This document shows positions 8,992 to 17,395 of a DNA stretch of 26,695 nt, piece by piece. Every line of letters starts with the position of its first letter. Position 1 is the first letter of the stretch. The notes beneath the pieces are model-generated. The model worked only from the letters and a program-made list of their open reading frames with translations, was not told the origin of the DNA and made no database searches. A program made the translations under genes and the position numbers. This DNA is from Leptolyngbyaceae cyanobacterium (lineage in GTDB: Bacteria; Cyanobacteriota; Cyanobacteriia; Phormidesmidales; Phormidesmidaceae). The stretch is taken from the NCBI GenBank assembly GCA_050331235.1, contig JBHJHA010000087.1, positions 1-26,695 on the forward strand. Reading direction: 5' to 3'.

Positions 8992-10728
8992 ATGGCAGAC
9001 AATCACTATCAGGCAAACACTGATCATTCCCCATTTCGTCGTTACGAACCCCCTGCCAATGCTGGTGACTCGGCTGCGATGCCAGCGATCAAACCGCCGC
9101 CACTGTCATCAGGGGCACCGTCTGGTGTTACTTCGCGAGGGGCAAAGCGCCGGCAACGTCAGGCTCGGAGTCGTTGGCGTCAGTGGTTGCCAGCCAATCA
9201 ACCCAAAACCTCAACTCAGCCCGCCGCCCGCAGTGCCACACCGGCTCCCAACTCGCGGGCGCGATCGCCACAGCCTCGCGTTAAGTCAGTGCCATCAGTT
9301 GGCCCCTCGCCTCACCCGAAGCCACTGGGAGCAGAGCGTGCCATGGCCGAGCCGCCAATGGTCAATACGCCCTCTCGGTTTGTGCAGCCCTCCCCCAGCG
9401 ACTCGGTGTTGCCCCCCCAAGGACGGGGAGCCGCTCCGGCTCCTAAGGGTTCGCGATCGCGCCAGGCTACAACACCACGCCCCAAAAGTAAGGTCACGCC
9501 GCTCCGGCGTCCCGCCTCAAGCGACCGTTCCGGCTCCCCAGGGCCCGCCGCCAAACCTCGCCGGCGGGCCCCCAAACGCACGCGGAAAACCCCTCAGCCT
9601 ATTTTGTATGGTATTCGGCTGTTGATCTTAGGTACCGGCATTGCGGCGATCGCCGGCACGGTATTGTCATCGATCAAGCCGCAGACCGAAACGGCCCAAA
9701 GCGAAACATCTGGGTTGGCCTCCTCCTCCGAACCGACGGGGCGTTCTAACACTTCGGCAGCGGCCTTGTCACAGCCGCTGCCGCTGGCGACTGAACTCGT
9801 TGCAGTCGAGACTGACCTTGTTGCCCTAGAGTCGATGACCCCTGGCTTAAGTCAGTCGGTGTTTTTCTATGACTTGGAAACCGGCAACTACATTGACCTC
9901 AACGGCACGGCATCGTTGGCCGCTGCAAGCACGATCAAAGTGCCCATCTTGGTGGCGTTTTTACAGGCCGTTGATGCAGGAGCTGTCAGCCTCAATCAGG
10001 CCCTCACGCTGGAAGAGGCCTTTATCGCTGGAGGTTCTGGCGAGCTCCAGACCCAGGCAGTAGGTAGCCAATACACGGCGCTGGAAGTAGCGACTGAAAT
10101 GATCATCAATAGTGACAACACAGCCACCAATATGATGATTGCGCTGCTAGGGGGCCAAGACGTCCTGAATCAACAATTTCGGGATTGGGGGCTAGAGGAA
10201 ACCATGCTGCGCAATTTGCTGCCCGATTTGGACGGCACCAACACCACGAGTGCGGCTGATTTGGTCAGAGTGCTGGCATTGGTTGATCAAGGTGAATTGC
10301 TCAGCCGCCGGTCGCGCGATCGGCTATTCAACATCATGCAGCGTACTTACAATCGCACGTATATTCCAGACGGTATCGGCGATGAAACGGCCTTAGCCTT
10401 CAATAAAACTGGGGATATCGGTACCTTCTTAGCTGACGTGGCGCTGATCGATGTTGCCAACGGGAATCGTTATATTTTGAGTGTGTTGGTCGAACGTCCC
10501 TTTAATGATGGCCGGGCTAGTGAGCTGATTCGCCGAACGGCTGGCCGCATTCATGAAGAAATGAACCAACCGGTCAGTCCCGAAGGGACAGGGAATCTTG
10601 CGGTACCAGCGACTGGCGACAATAGCCCTGAGGGCGATCGCCCCACCCCTGACTCAGAGGAGATTGAACCTGAGCCCTATGTAGAACCCGGTACACCGCT
10701 TTCCAGTCCAGAAAACCCCCCTGGATAG
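8992..10728 (+). CDS. Membrane-anchored serine hydrolase of class A beta-lactamase fold (cyanobacterial PBP-A-like)
   Basis: SxxK (ASTIK), SDN and KTG motifs. About 200 aa of Pro/Arg-rich N-terminus precede one TM helix (ILYGIRLLILGTGIAAIAGTVL). Confidence 0.9.
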   Translation: MADNHYQANTDHSPFRRYEPPANAGDSAAMPAIKPPPLSSGAPSGVTSRGAKRRQRQARSRWRQWLPANQPKTSTQPAARSATPAPNSRARSPQPRVKSVPSVGPSPHPKPLGAERAMAEPPMVNTPSRFVQPSPSDSVLPPQGRGAAPAPKGSRSRQATTPRPKSKVTPLRRPASSDRSGSPGPAAKPRRRAPKRTRKTPQPILYGIRLLILGTGIAAIAGTVLSSIKPQTETAQSETSGLASSSEPTGRSNTSAAALSQPLPLATELVAVETDLVALESMTPGLSQSVFFYDLETGNYIDLNGTASLAAASTIKVPILVAFLQAVDAGAVSLNQALTLEEAFIAGGSGELQTQAVGSQYTALEVATEMIINSDNTATNMMIALLGGQDVLNQQFRDWGLEETMLRNLLPDLDGTNTTSAADLVRVLALVDQGELLSRRSRDRLFNIMQRTYNRTYIPDGIGDETALAFNKTGDIGTFLADVALIDVANGNRYILSVLVERPFNDGRASELIRRTAGRIHEEMNQPVSPEGTGNLAVPATGDNSPEGDRPTPDSEEIEPEPYVEPGTPLSSPENPPG

Positions 10729-10754
10729 CAACCGTTGCGACCAGCTGCAAGCAT

Positions 10755-12104
10755 TTAATCGGGCCAATTGGTGTCTTCGTCATCGGGCCAATTGGTGTCT
10801 TCCATTGCCGGTCTTGCGGTCGGGGTGACCGAAGAGGATTCCCGGAGCGCGTCCGCTTCAGTCCCTTGGGTAGCTTGAGTCGCCCCGGCAGGAGAACTTT
10901 CACCTGCCGCGAAATCTGGTGAAGATTGAGGGCTTGACACTGGCGTCACAAGCGACTCAGCCTCTCCAATATCTACCCAGTTTGCGTCTCCGGCTTGAGA
11001 GCGAGGTACGTCAGAGGCTGACGAGGCGGTCGCCGTTTGTTCTGGAGTGGGCGATCGTGGGATTGATGGTGGCCTGGGCGGAATATCAATCACGGCTCGG
11101 GACGACGACGGGCGGTTGCGGGAACTGGGTTTAGGAGTGGGCTGAACCCGCGTCGAATCCGATGATGACCGAGCTGCCGTCTCTGGCCGTGGAATCGAGG
11201 GAGAACGGGGGGGAATCTCTACCACCTGACGCTGGGGTTTGGGCTTGCGAAAACCACTAGCGACATCACCGAGCCAAGCCACTATACCGGTTATTGGGTT
11301 CTTCGACCGTTTAGTCGATGGTGGCGTTGGCCGTGCTGACTGCGATGTCGCCTTTTTGGATGTGTTTGCGGCAGTCTTCTCAGCCGCTTCGGAGCGATCG
11401 CTATCAGCCGCGCCTACGACTTCGGCGGCTTGGGGGGCAGTCTGACCGTCTCCATGGATCGTGACAGCATCAGCCACAGTTGCATCCCCACTAGCGGCAC
11501 CCAGGGTTTCCACTGCGGCACGTTCTGGGCCTTGCTGGCTCTCCGCCGCCCCCCGTCGAGGCAGTTGAGACACGGTAGCAAACTCAGAGGGGACAGATTG
11601 CCCTTCACCGGGCGCAGTCTCAAACTCATAAGCTGGCGATCGCTGTAACGGTGGCACGTTGCGATTAGCCGCGTCATCTCGGGGACCGGCCGTGCGGTTG
11701 CGCAGCACCGACAGTTGGTGACCTAAGCGGTTCCACAATGACTGGACACCGGCGATCGCTGAGTCTAACTGTATATATTGGGCCACCTGCTGCTGCAGTC
11801 GCTGGCTGAGCTGGCGCAAATCAGCCCAAGAAATGGGCGTTTGAATGATTTCAGGCGTCAGGTCACGACGCAGCGCAAGGGTATGCCAGCCCAAACCTCC
11901 TAGCAAAGCCACACTGGCCATTTGCCCTAAAAGAACTGCCCCAGTCAACCGTCCAGCGCAAAACCATAACACGACCGCATAAAACAGCCCCAAACCACTC
12001 CAAAAAAAGTCTTGGCGGCGGTGCATCTCAGGCACAAAAAATGCTGCCATGTAGAAGTTAAAGCTGCCAATGGCAACGAAAATGGCAAGAATGTAAGCCA
12101 ACAT
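10755..12104 (-). CDS. Ycf66-family membrane protein with long disordered C-terminal tail
   Basis: N-terminal hydrophobic domain with FFVPEMHRRQDFFWSGLGLFY...GAVLLGQ. ATG 12104 preferred over GTG 12134. Confidence 0.85.
   Translation of the reverse strand: MLAYILAIFVAIGSFNFYMAAFFVPEMHRRQDFFWSGLGLFYAVVLWFCAGRLTGAVLLGQMASVALLGGLGWHTLALRRDLTPEIIQTPISWADLRQLSQRLQQQVAQYIQLDSAIAGVQSLWNRLGHQLSVLRNRTAGPRDDAANRNVPPLQRSPAYEFETAPGEGQSVPSEFATVSQLPRRGAAESQQGPERAAVETLGAASGDATVADAVTIHGDGQTAPQAAEVVGAADSDRSEAAEKTAANTSKKATSQSARPTPPSTKRSKNPITGIVAWLGDVASGFRKPKPQRQVVEIPPRSPSIPRPETAARSSSDSTRVQPTPKPSSRNRPSSSRAVIDIPPRPPSIPRSPTPEQTATASSASDVPRSQAGDANWVDIGEAESLVTPVSSPQSSPDFAAGESSPAGATQATQGTEADALRESSSVTPTARPAMEDTNWPDDEDTNWPD
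10758..10802 (-). repeat. In-frame 24-bp-period tandem repeat encoding EDTNWPD twice
   Basis: ATCGGGCCAATTGGTGTCTTC occurs at 10758 and at 10782. Confidence 0.9.
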
Positions 12105-12389
12105 GGACGCGATCGTCTCCCAGTCCTTTTCCACTGTGTTTACAATCTACAGTGGTTTGGGTCAAGGCATCGTGGGCCATATCGAGCGGCGGCTTTACAC
12201 AGCTAGCTGCGGTTGGTCATTTACGCCGACATCAGCCAGAAATCAGCTGCCTAAAGGGCTTAACAGAAGGTCTCAACAGAGCACAGGCAACCGCCGCACG
12301 ATGCTCTGAGAAACGCTTTCGGATTTGTAAAACGCGGCTTTTGTACCGGGACACTGCCGTAGAACGCTGTAGAAGTCGTGGTAACAAAA

Positions 12390-12484
12390 GCGGTCATCCC
12401 TAAAATCTTAGGCTGCTTTGTGATTATTCTTGAGACTGATAAAAGCCGTCAGAATCACAGCGCCATAAATTCTGAGATGACCGC
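12390..12484 (-). other. Long imperfect inverted repeat (95 nt) downstream of the small ORF; terminator-like or structured RNA
   Basis: Outer stem GCGGTCATC...GATGACCGC and inner stem TGTGATT/AATCACA. Two mismatches become G-U pairs on the minus strand, where the stem is followed by TTTTGTT. Confidence 0.5.
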
Positions 12485-12526
12485 AAAATCGCGTCAAATT
12501 TTTCAAAAACAGGGAGCTAACGGAAA

Positions 12527-12721
12527 CTAGTCAATGCTGGTTGGCTCACCTTCATTACCCCATAAATCATCGGGGTCCACATAGTGGCAGCTAGCTTCAT
12601 CGATGCAAATCAACGCCCAGCCAGACTGCTCGATACCGACAAGCTCATAGGCTGTATCTTGGACAAAAAAGCCCTTATGGTTGCGGGTTTCTGGCTTCAC
12701 CTTAACAGTGCGTGCGACCAT
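12527..12721 (-). CDS. Small hypothetical protein (64 aa)
   Basis: ATG preceded by GGAG/AGGA. Globular-looking sequence (YELVGIEQSGWALICIDEASCHYVDPDDL) sitting alone in a long intergenic gap. Confidence 0.7.
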   Translation of the reverse strand: MVARTVKVKPETRNHKGFFVQDTAYELVGIEQSGWALICIDEASCHYVDPDDLWGNEGEPTSID

Positions 12722-12762
12722 TGGATCCTGCTCCGTAATTCAACGTGACTGAATAAAACTCA

Positions 12763-12797
12763 AGTAAACCTTATCGGTTCATTGAGTAAACCTTATC
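12763..12797. promoter_or_regulatory. 13-bp direct repeat, 22-bp period, upstream of the small ORF
   Basis: AGTAAACCTTATC at 12763-12775 and 12785-12797. Confidence 0.5.
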
Positions 12798-12998
12798 ACC
12801 CGTTTCTTCACAGTGCCGTTAAGTTATTTGTCCAATCTTGCTGATCCCTGCCTGGTTTCAAAACCGTTTACCTTGATTTAAAAACCTTGAATTTGAACGA
12901 ATTCTGTAGAACCCGTGGAAATCAGGCTGGGATAAAGTGATTGCTATTCTGTAACAATCGCGGTCAAAAACATTTACAGTGTATTTGCCAATCAGGTC

Positions 12999-13024
12999 AA
13001 AAAAAAGAGCCTCCGAAGAGACTC
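12999..13024 (-). terminator. Rho-independent terminator of the iscA-TPR unit
   Basis: Minus strand reads GAGTCTC-TTCG-GAGGCTC-TTTTTTTT (cUUCGg tetraloop, U8), about 15 nt after the TPR stop. Confidence 0.9.
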
Positions 13025-13039
13025 AATGCCTTGTCGCCG

Positions 13040-13462
13040 CTAACTTTCAAATAGCCACTTTTGAACTCGCTGAAGGCTTTTCCAGTTGGGCTTTCGACTT
13101 AATCCTTCTTCAATATTTTTCTGTACTTCTTCATTCAGATCCGCAGAAAGGCTCATCACCTGTAGCGCCTCGTCGATGTGCTCCCGCACCCCTTTTTTAC
13201 CCGTCTCTAGCATGGCTAATGCCAAGTTGATGCGTCCTTGGGGATCTTGCGGTGTCAGCTTGACGGCTTTTTGGGCCGACTTCAGCGCTGCATTATATTT
13301 TTCCTCTAGCAGATAGAGCCATGCCAGGCAGGTTAACGCCGCACTGCTTTTAGGGGCGCGATCGCAGACTTCCTTAAAAACAGGAATCAGCTCACTCGCT
13401 GCGGCTCCCGCTTTATACTGCTCGATTCCCTGCTCAAATAGCGCTTCAGCACTTTCAGTCAT
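13040..13462 (-). CDS. Tetratricopeptide-repeat protein
   Basis: TPR-like helices (ALTCLAWLYLL...ALKSAQKAVKLTPQDPQGRINLALAML); directly downstream of the IscA gene. Confidence 0.88.
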   Translation of the reverse strand: MTESAEALFEQGIEQYKAGAAASELIPVFKEVCDRAPKSSAALTCLAWLYLLEEKYNAALKSAQKAVKLTPQDPQGRINLALAMLETGKKGVREHIDEALQVMSLSADLNEEVQKNIEEGLSRKPNWKSLQRVQKWLFES

Positions 13463-13499
13463 AGCTCAACCAGTTACAAATCACCGTCACAAGCGTACA

Positions 13500-13531
13500 G
13501 CAGGTCCGGTGCCAACTGGAACCAGACCTGC
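13500..13531 (-). other. Intercistronic stem-loop between iscA and the TPR gene
   Basis: Minus strand GCAGGTCTGGTTCCA-GT-TGGCACCGGACCTGC, with 13/15 Watson-Crick pairs plus one G-U; no U-tract. Confidence 0.55.
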
Positions 13532-13574
13532 CGTGAGAGTAATGCTTTGAATTAGCAACAAATCAGTTCATCGG

Positions 13575-13934
13575 CTAAGTGCCAAAGGACTTACCACAGC
13601 CACAGGTTTGATTGGCATTGGGATTTGTAAATTGGAAACCGCCACCAATCAGTGCATTGCTGTAATCCAGCATAAGCCCGTAGAGGTAGAGCAGACTTTT
13701 GCGATCGCAAATCACCCGAAATCCATCGTAGTCATACACTTCGTCGTGCTCGGTAATGTTACTGGCGTCTTCGAAGTCCATCATGTATGACATGCCAGAG
13801 CAGCCACCCTGACGGACGCCAACTCGCAGACAAAGTTCTTTGCCGTCCTGCTGCTCTTTGAGCATCTTGACGTGCTGCAAAGCGCTCTCCGTCATCAAAA
13901 TGCCTTTTTCTTGGGATGCCGTTTGTGTAGTCAT
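13575..13934 (-). CDS. iscA: A-type Fe-S cluster carrier (HesB/IscA/SufA family)
   Basis: [15 protein letters not shown] and [14 protein letters not shown] motifs. IscA versus SufA paralogue cannot be resolved by eye. Confidence 0.93.
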   Translation of the reverse strand: MTTQTASQEKGILMTESALQHVKMLKEQQDGKELCLRVGVRQGGCSGMSYMMDFEDASNITEHDEVYDYDGFRVICDRKSLLYLYGLMLDYSNALIGGGFQFTNPNANQTCGCGKSFGT

Positions 13935-14225
13935 TGGCTAAAGAGTTGATATGACCGATTGTTTATCGCACAGAGATTGTAAACACAATCCCAGACCTAA
14001 ACACTTTTGCTTAGTCTAGCTCAGGTTCAAAAGCCTCGACAGCGACCGTATCCTCTGGTGGGTTTGACCGCAAGGGAGTCGTTTTCCAGAGATCAGGAGA
14101 TCATCCACTTTCTATCTTACGGAGCTTGCAAGTTAAAACCTTGTCCTAGACCTTGATTGCTAAGAGGACGCAGTCAGCCCCCAGGCAATGCTGCGACCAC
14201 TCTCGCTCCGTACCTTAGGACCCAA

Positions 14226-15455
14226 ATGGACAATAATTTTTGGTCGTTATACAGCGAAGCAACGCTTGCTAGCCTTGGCTATTTTTGGAAGGCTTTTTGG
14301 GCATTTGTGCTGGGCTACATTGTGAGCAGCATGATCCAGGTGTTTGTGACCCGCGATCGCATGCATCAGGCCATGGGGTCTGCAGGTAAGGGCAGCATTG
14401 CCCTGGGAGCCTTTTTTGGCTTCATTTCTAGCTCCTGCAGTTTTTCAGCATTGTCAACCACCAAATCACTCTTTCAAAAAGGGGCAGGATTTGTACCAGC
14501 AATGGCATTTTTGCTGGCATCTACCAACCTAGTCATTGAGCTGGGCATTATTATTGCTATTTTTCTGGGCTGGCAGTTTGTAGTCGGCGAATATATCGGT
14601 GGTCTGTTGTTGATTGTGGTGGCTTGGCTGTTTTACGAAGTGACTCGCCCCCAAGACATGATTCGGCAGGCACGTCGCCGCCTCCGTGAGCAGGTCGGTG
14701 ACGGCGCTACTGACCAGACATCGTTTGATTGGCAAGACAAAATGCAAAGCCTGAAAGGGTGGCGACAGGTGGCCAATACCTACTTTATGGAGTGGGGCAT
14801 GGTTTGGAAAGATGTGACGGTCGGGTTCACGATTGCCGGATTAATTACGGCTTTTATACCACCAACTTTTTTTCAAACGTTGTTCATTGGGGCCGGGGAA
14901 GGCAGCGGCAACATTGGCTTTTTTGCCCTGTTAGAAAACATTTTGGTTGGTCCCATCGCGGCTTTTTTGACCTTTATCGGCTCCATGGGCAACATTCCTC
15001 TAGCGGCCATCCTGTATGAAAATGGGGTGAGCTTTGGCGGGATCATGGCATTTATCTTCAGCGATCTCGTCGTGTTTCCCGTGATTCGAGTCAATGCCAA
15101 ATATTACGGCTGGAAAATGGCCGCTTATATCCTGGCGATGCTGTTCACGGCATTGGTAGTTACGTCACTAGTGCTGCACTATGGCTTTTCCCTGTTTGAT
15201 CTGCTGCCAGAAACGGCTAGCGGTAGGAGCGGGCAGGAAAACCGATTCGCCATTGGCTACACCTTCTTCTTAAATGTGGCTTTTTTGATAGTGACCGGCA
15301 TTTTAGCTTGGCTGAAATTTGGCCATCGTCAGTCATCAAGTCACCATCATCACCAGGGCGGTGATCGCAGCCTCATCGAAACCGGGCTGCTGGGGCTAGC
15401 GATCGTTGCCTATATTTGGTTAGCTGGCGGCCTGCTTGCCACCCTATGGCTCTAG
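14226..15455 (+). CDS. Predicted permease (DUF318/ArsP-like)
   Basis: Polytopic membrane protein with SSCSFSA, AFLLASTNLVIELG and GNIPLAAIL...GVSFGGIMAFIFSDL; His run HHHH near the C-terminus. ATG 14226 preferred over TTG 14157. Confidence 0.85.
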   Translation: MDNNFWSLYSEATLASLGYFWKAFWAFVLGYIVSSMIQVFVTRDRMHQAMGSAGKGSIALGAFFGFISSSCSFSALSTTKSLFQKGAGFVPAMAFLLASTNLVIELGIIIAIFLGWQFVVGEYIGGLLLIVVAWLFYEVTRPQDMIRQARRRLREQVGDGATDQTSFDWQDKMQSLKGWRQVANTYFMEWGMVWKDVTVGFTIAGLITAFIPPTFFQTLFIGAGEGSGNIGFFALLENILVGPIAAFLTFIGSMGNIPLAAILYENGVSFGGIMAFIFSDLVVFPVIRVNAKYYGWKMAAYILAMLFTALVVTSLVLHYGFSLFDLLPETASGRSGQENRFAIGYTFFLNVAFLIVTGILAWLKFGHRQSSSHHHHQGGDRSLIETGLLGLAIVAYIWLAGGLLATLWL

Positions 15456-15488
15456 AAAAACGCGGTGAGCTGGAGAGCTACCGCATTT
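15456..15488 (-). terminator. Terminator hairpin between the convergent permease and DUF2945 genes
   Basis: Minus strand ATGCGGTAGCT-CTCC-AGCTCACCGCG-TTTTT. Confidence 0.6.
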
Positions 15489-15515
15489 AAGGGACTGGCT
15501 TTTCATTAGAAGGAG

Positions 15516-15977
15516 TTACGCCTTTGAGAGGGAGCTCGGTTTGTGAGCCGCCTGTTTGCCTGTCTTTTCACTTTCAACCAAGTAGCGTGGATTGTCTGTA
15601 GACGCACTAATCTTAGTACCGCCAACCTCAGTATCTGAGGTCAATTTTTTAACGACATCGCCAGTAGTCTTGCCCTGGGGCGTATTCCACTCGACCTTTT
15701 CACCCTGTTTAAACTCGTCAGAGCTATTGTCTGAACTGTTTGAGCGAGCGGAACGACTAGAGCCACCATTTGCCTTGGACAAGGTTTCCGGTTTATGACC
15801 AGTCACGTTGCCGGTGCTGTCATTCTCCACAAGATATCGAGGGTCGTCTTTGGATGCGCTAACTTTTTGTCCTTCAACAGTACGATCTTCCGTGATGTAC
15901 TCCTGAACCGTACCAACCGCCTTCCCTTGCCCAGACTGCCAAGAGACCTTGTCACCCTTGTTAAATTTTTGAGCCAT
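15516..15977 (-). CDS. Tandem DUF2945 (hypervirulence-associated Tudor-like) domain protein
   Basis: Two copies of F-x-x-G-(D/E)KVxW...G...(V/I)SASxDxPRYLVE...GxxxxHKPxxL joined by a Ser-rich linker. Confidence 0.9.
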   Translation of the reverse strand: MAQKFNKGDKVSWQSGQGKAVGTVQEYITEDRTVEGQKVSASKDDPRYLVENDSTGNVTGHKPETLSKANGGSSRSARSNSSDNSSDEFKQGEKVEWNTPQGKTTGDVVKKLTSDTEVGGTKISASTDNPRYLVESEKTGKQAAHKPSSLSKA

Positions 15978-16384
15978 GATGAGAACCTAATCATTGAGAA
16001 ATGAGTCAAAGCTACCAAGGCACCTCGCTTTGCTCCTCAACCTCTAAAGCGTTAGTCACCTAGGTAAACTACGCTCTAGCTGATGTAATTCGAACCAGCA
16101 GAAAGTCTGAAAGAATATCCAGGTGCTCGAGGTCCGTGCGCCTTATCATTTCAATCTCAACGTAACGCTCTGCCCAAATGGTGGGTTCTCTCCCAGGAAT
16201 GAAGGTGCTGGTTTTCTCAAGTAGAGTTAAAGCGCGATCGCTATCTTTCTGCAGAAAGATGGCCTGGCCACAGCCCTTATCCCATTGGTGAGATCCATCG
16301 TCAGCTTTCGTGATAGCAGGGACAATGTCACAGGCAGTTCATCACTTAAGCAGAAAAACTTATAGGCTGCTGAGGATTCAGATA

Positions 16385-17395
16385 TCATCGCTCAGAGCTG
16401 ATGCTAAATCCCTTCAAATTTGAGAAAACACCGCTGCGGCTACCAAATAAGTGAGTATACACATAAGTTAGCTCGCACCCAAGGAAAAACACTTGACAGG
16501 TGAGAAATATCCAAAGTAACAGAATCATAACGCTGCCGACCGCGCCGTAGGAGAGAAACTGATCGCCAAACCTTACAATGCTATTACTGGCTACATGCTG
16601 CAACAGCATAAACAATCCAGAAGTTAATAGGCCACCGAAAACCACATCTCCCCAGCAAATACGAGTGTTTGGCAATACCTTAAACAGCAACATAATGATG
16701 GCTGAAATACCCAAATATGAGGTGGCAGTTTGCAGGGCTTTGAGCACCAAAAGATCATCGATTTGAATAATGCCAACAACACTTTCCAGATTTTGAACAA
16801 CCTCAATGATGACCTCAATCACAATTTTGGAGACTAAGGAAATAAATATCAAGGCGGAGGTACTAAACACCAGCATGAACGCCAAAAAGCGATTTCTCAT
16901 AAAGGTTTTGGCTGCTGACTTCATGCCCGTTTGATGTTTACGCTCTAAGTCCACTTGCCAAATCTTGTTGGTTGAGCGAGTCAACGCGCCAAAAACCCCA
17001 CTAGCGGTAAAGCATAGGATCAGGAAACTAATGATTCCTGCCTCTAAGCTGTTGCGGTTGAGCTGACTAAGGGTATTGTCCACAAGGGAGTACGCCTCCG
17101 GTGGCAAGCTATTGCGAGCAAACAGGAGGATTTGCTCAGCGGCATCACTTTCTGGCCCTGCAAAGGCACCCACAATACTCAATACGATAAGGACTGTAGG
17201 AAACAGCGAAAACAGCGCGTAGTAAGACAGAGCTGCCCCCATCTCAAGGCAATCATCACGCTGCCACTTGAGGGCTGTCTGAATAATGAGCACTGCTGGC
17301 TTAGAACGCAACAGCTGCATACCTGGAAGCCCCTGTAGTTTTTTGAACACGAGTTCAAATCGCCTAAAAGATTGACCTGCTTTGATAATACCCAT
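16385..17395 (-). CDS. YihY/virulence factor BrkB family membrane protein
   Basis: GAALSYYALFSLFP and YGAVGSVMILLLWIFL...FFLGCE motifs. Start uncertain (ATG 17395 or TTG 17479). Confidence 0.92.
   Translation of the reverse strand: MGIIKAGQSFRRFELVFKKLQGLPGMQLLRSKPAVLIIQTALKWQRDDCLEMGAALSYYALFSLFPTVLIVLSIVGAFAGPESDAAEQILLFARNSLPPEAYSLVDNTLSQLNRNSLEAGIISFLILCFTASGVFGALTRSTNKIWQVDLERKHQTGMKSAAKTFMRNRFLAFMLVFSTSALIFISLVSKIVIEVIIEVVQNLESVVGIIQIDDLLVLKALQTATSYLGISAIIMLLFKVLPNTRICWGDVVFGGLLTSGLFMLLQHVASNSIVRFGDQFLSYGAVGSVMILLLWIFLTCQVFFLGCELTYVYTHLFGSRSGVFSNLKGFSISSER

Noticed and set aside
9059..9625. 188-aa alternative-frame ORF, and the similar 23445-24002 ORF
   Set aside because: Off-frame ORFs over GC-rich low-complexity coding DNA where stops are rare; no independent support.
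8992..10728. Beta-lactam resistance gene
   Set aside because: It lacks the E166-equivalent and is membrane-anchored in a housekeeping context, so a PBP-A-like protein fits better.
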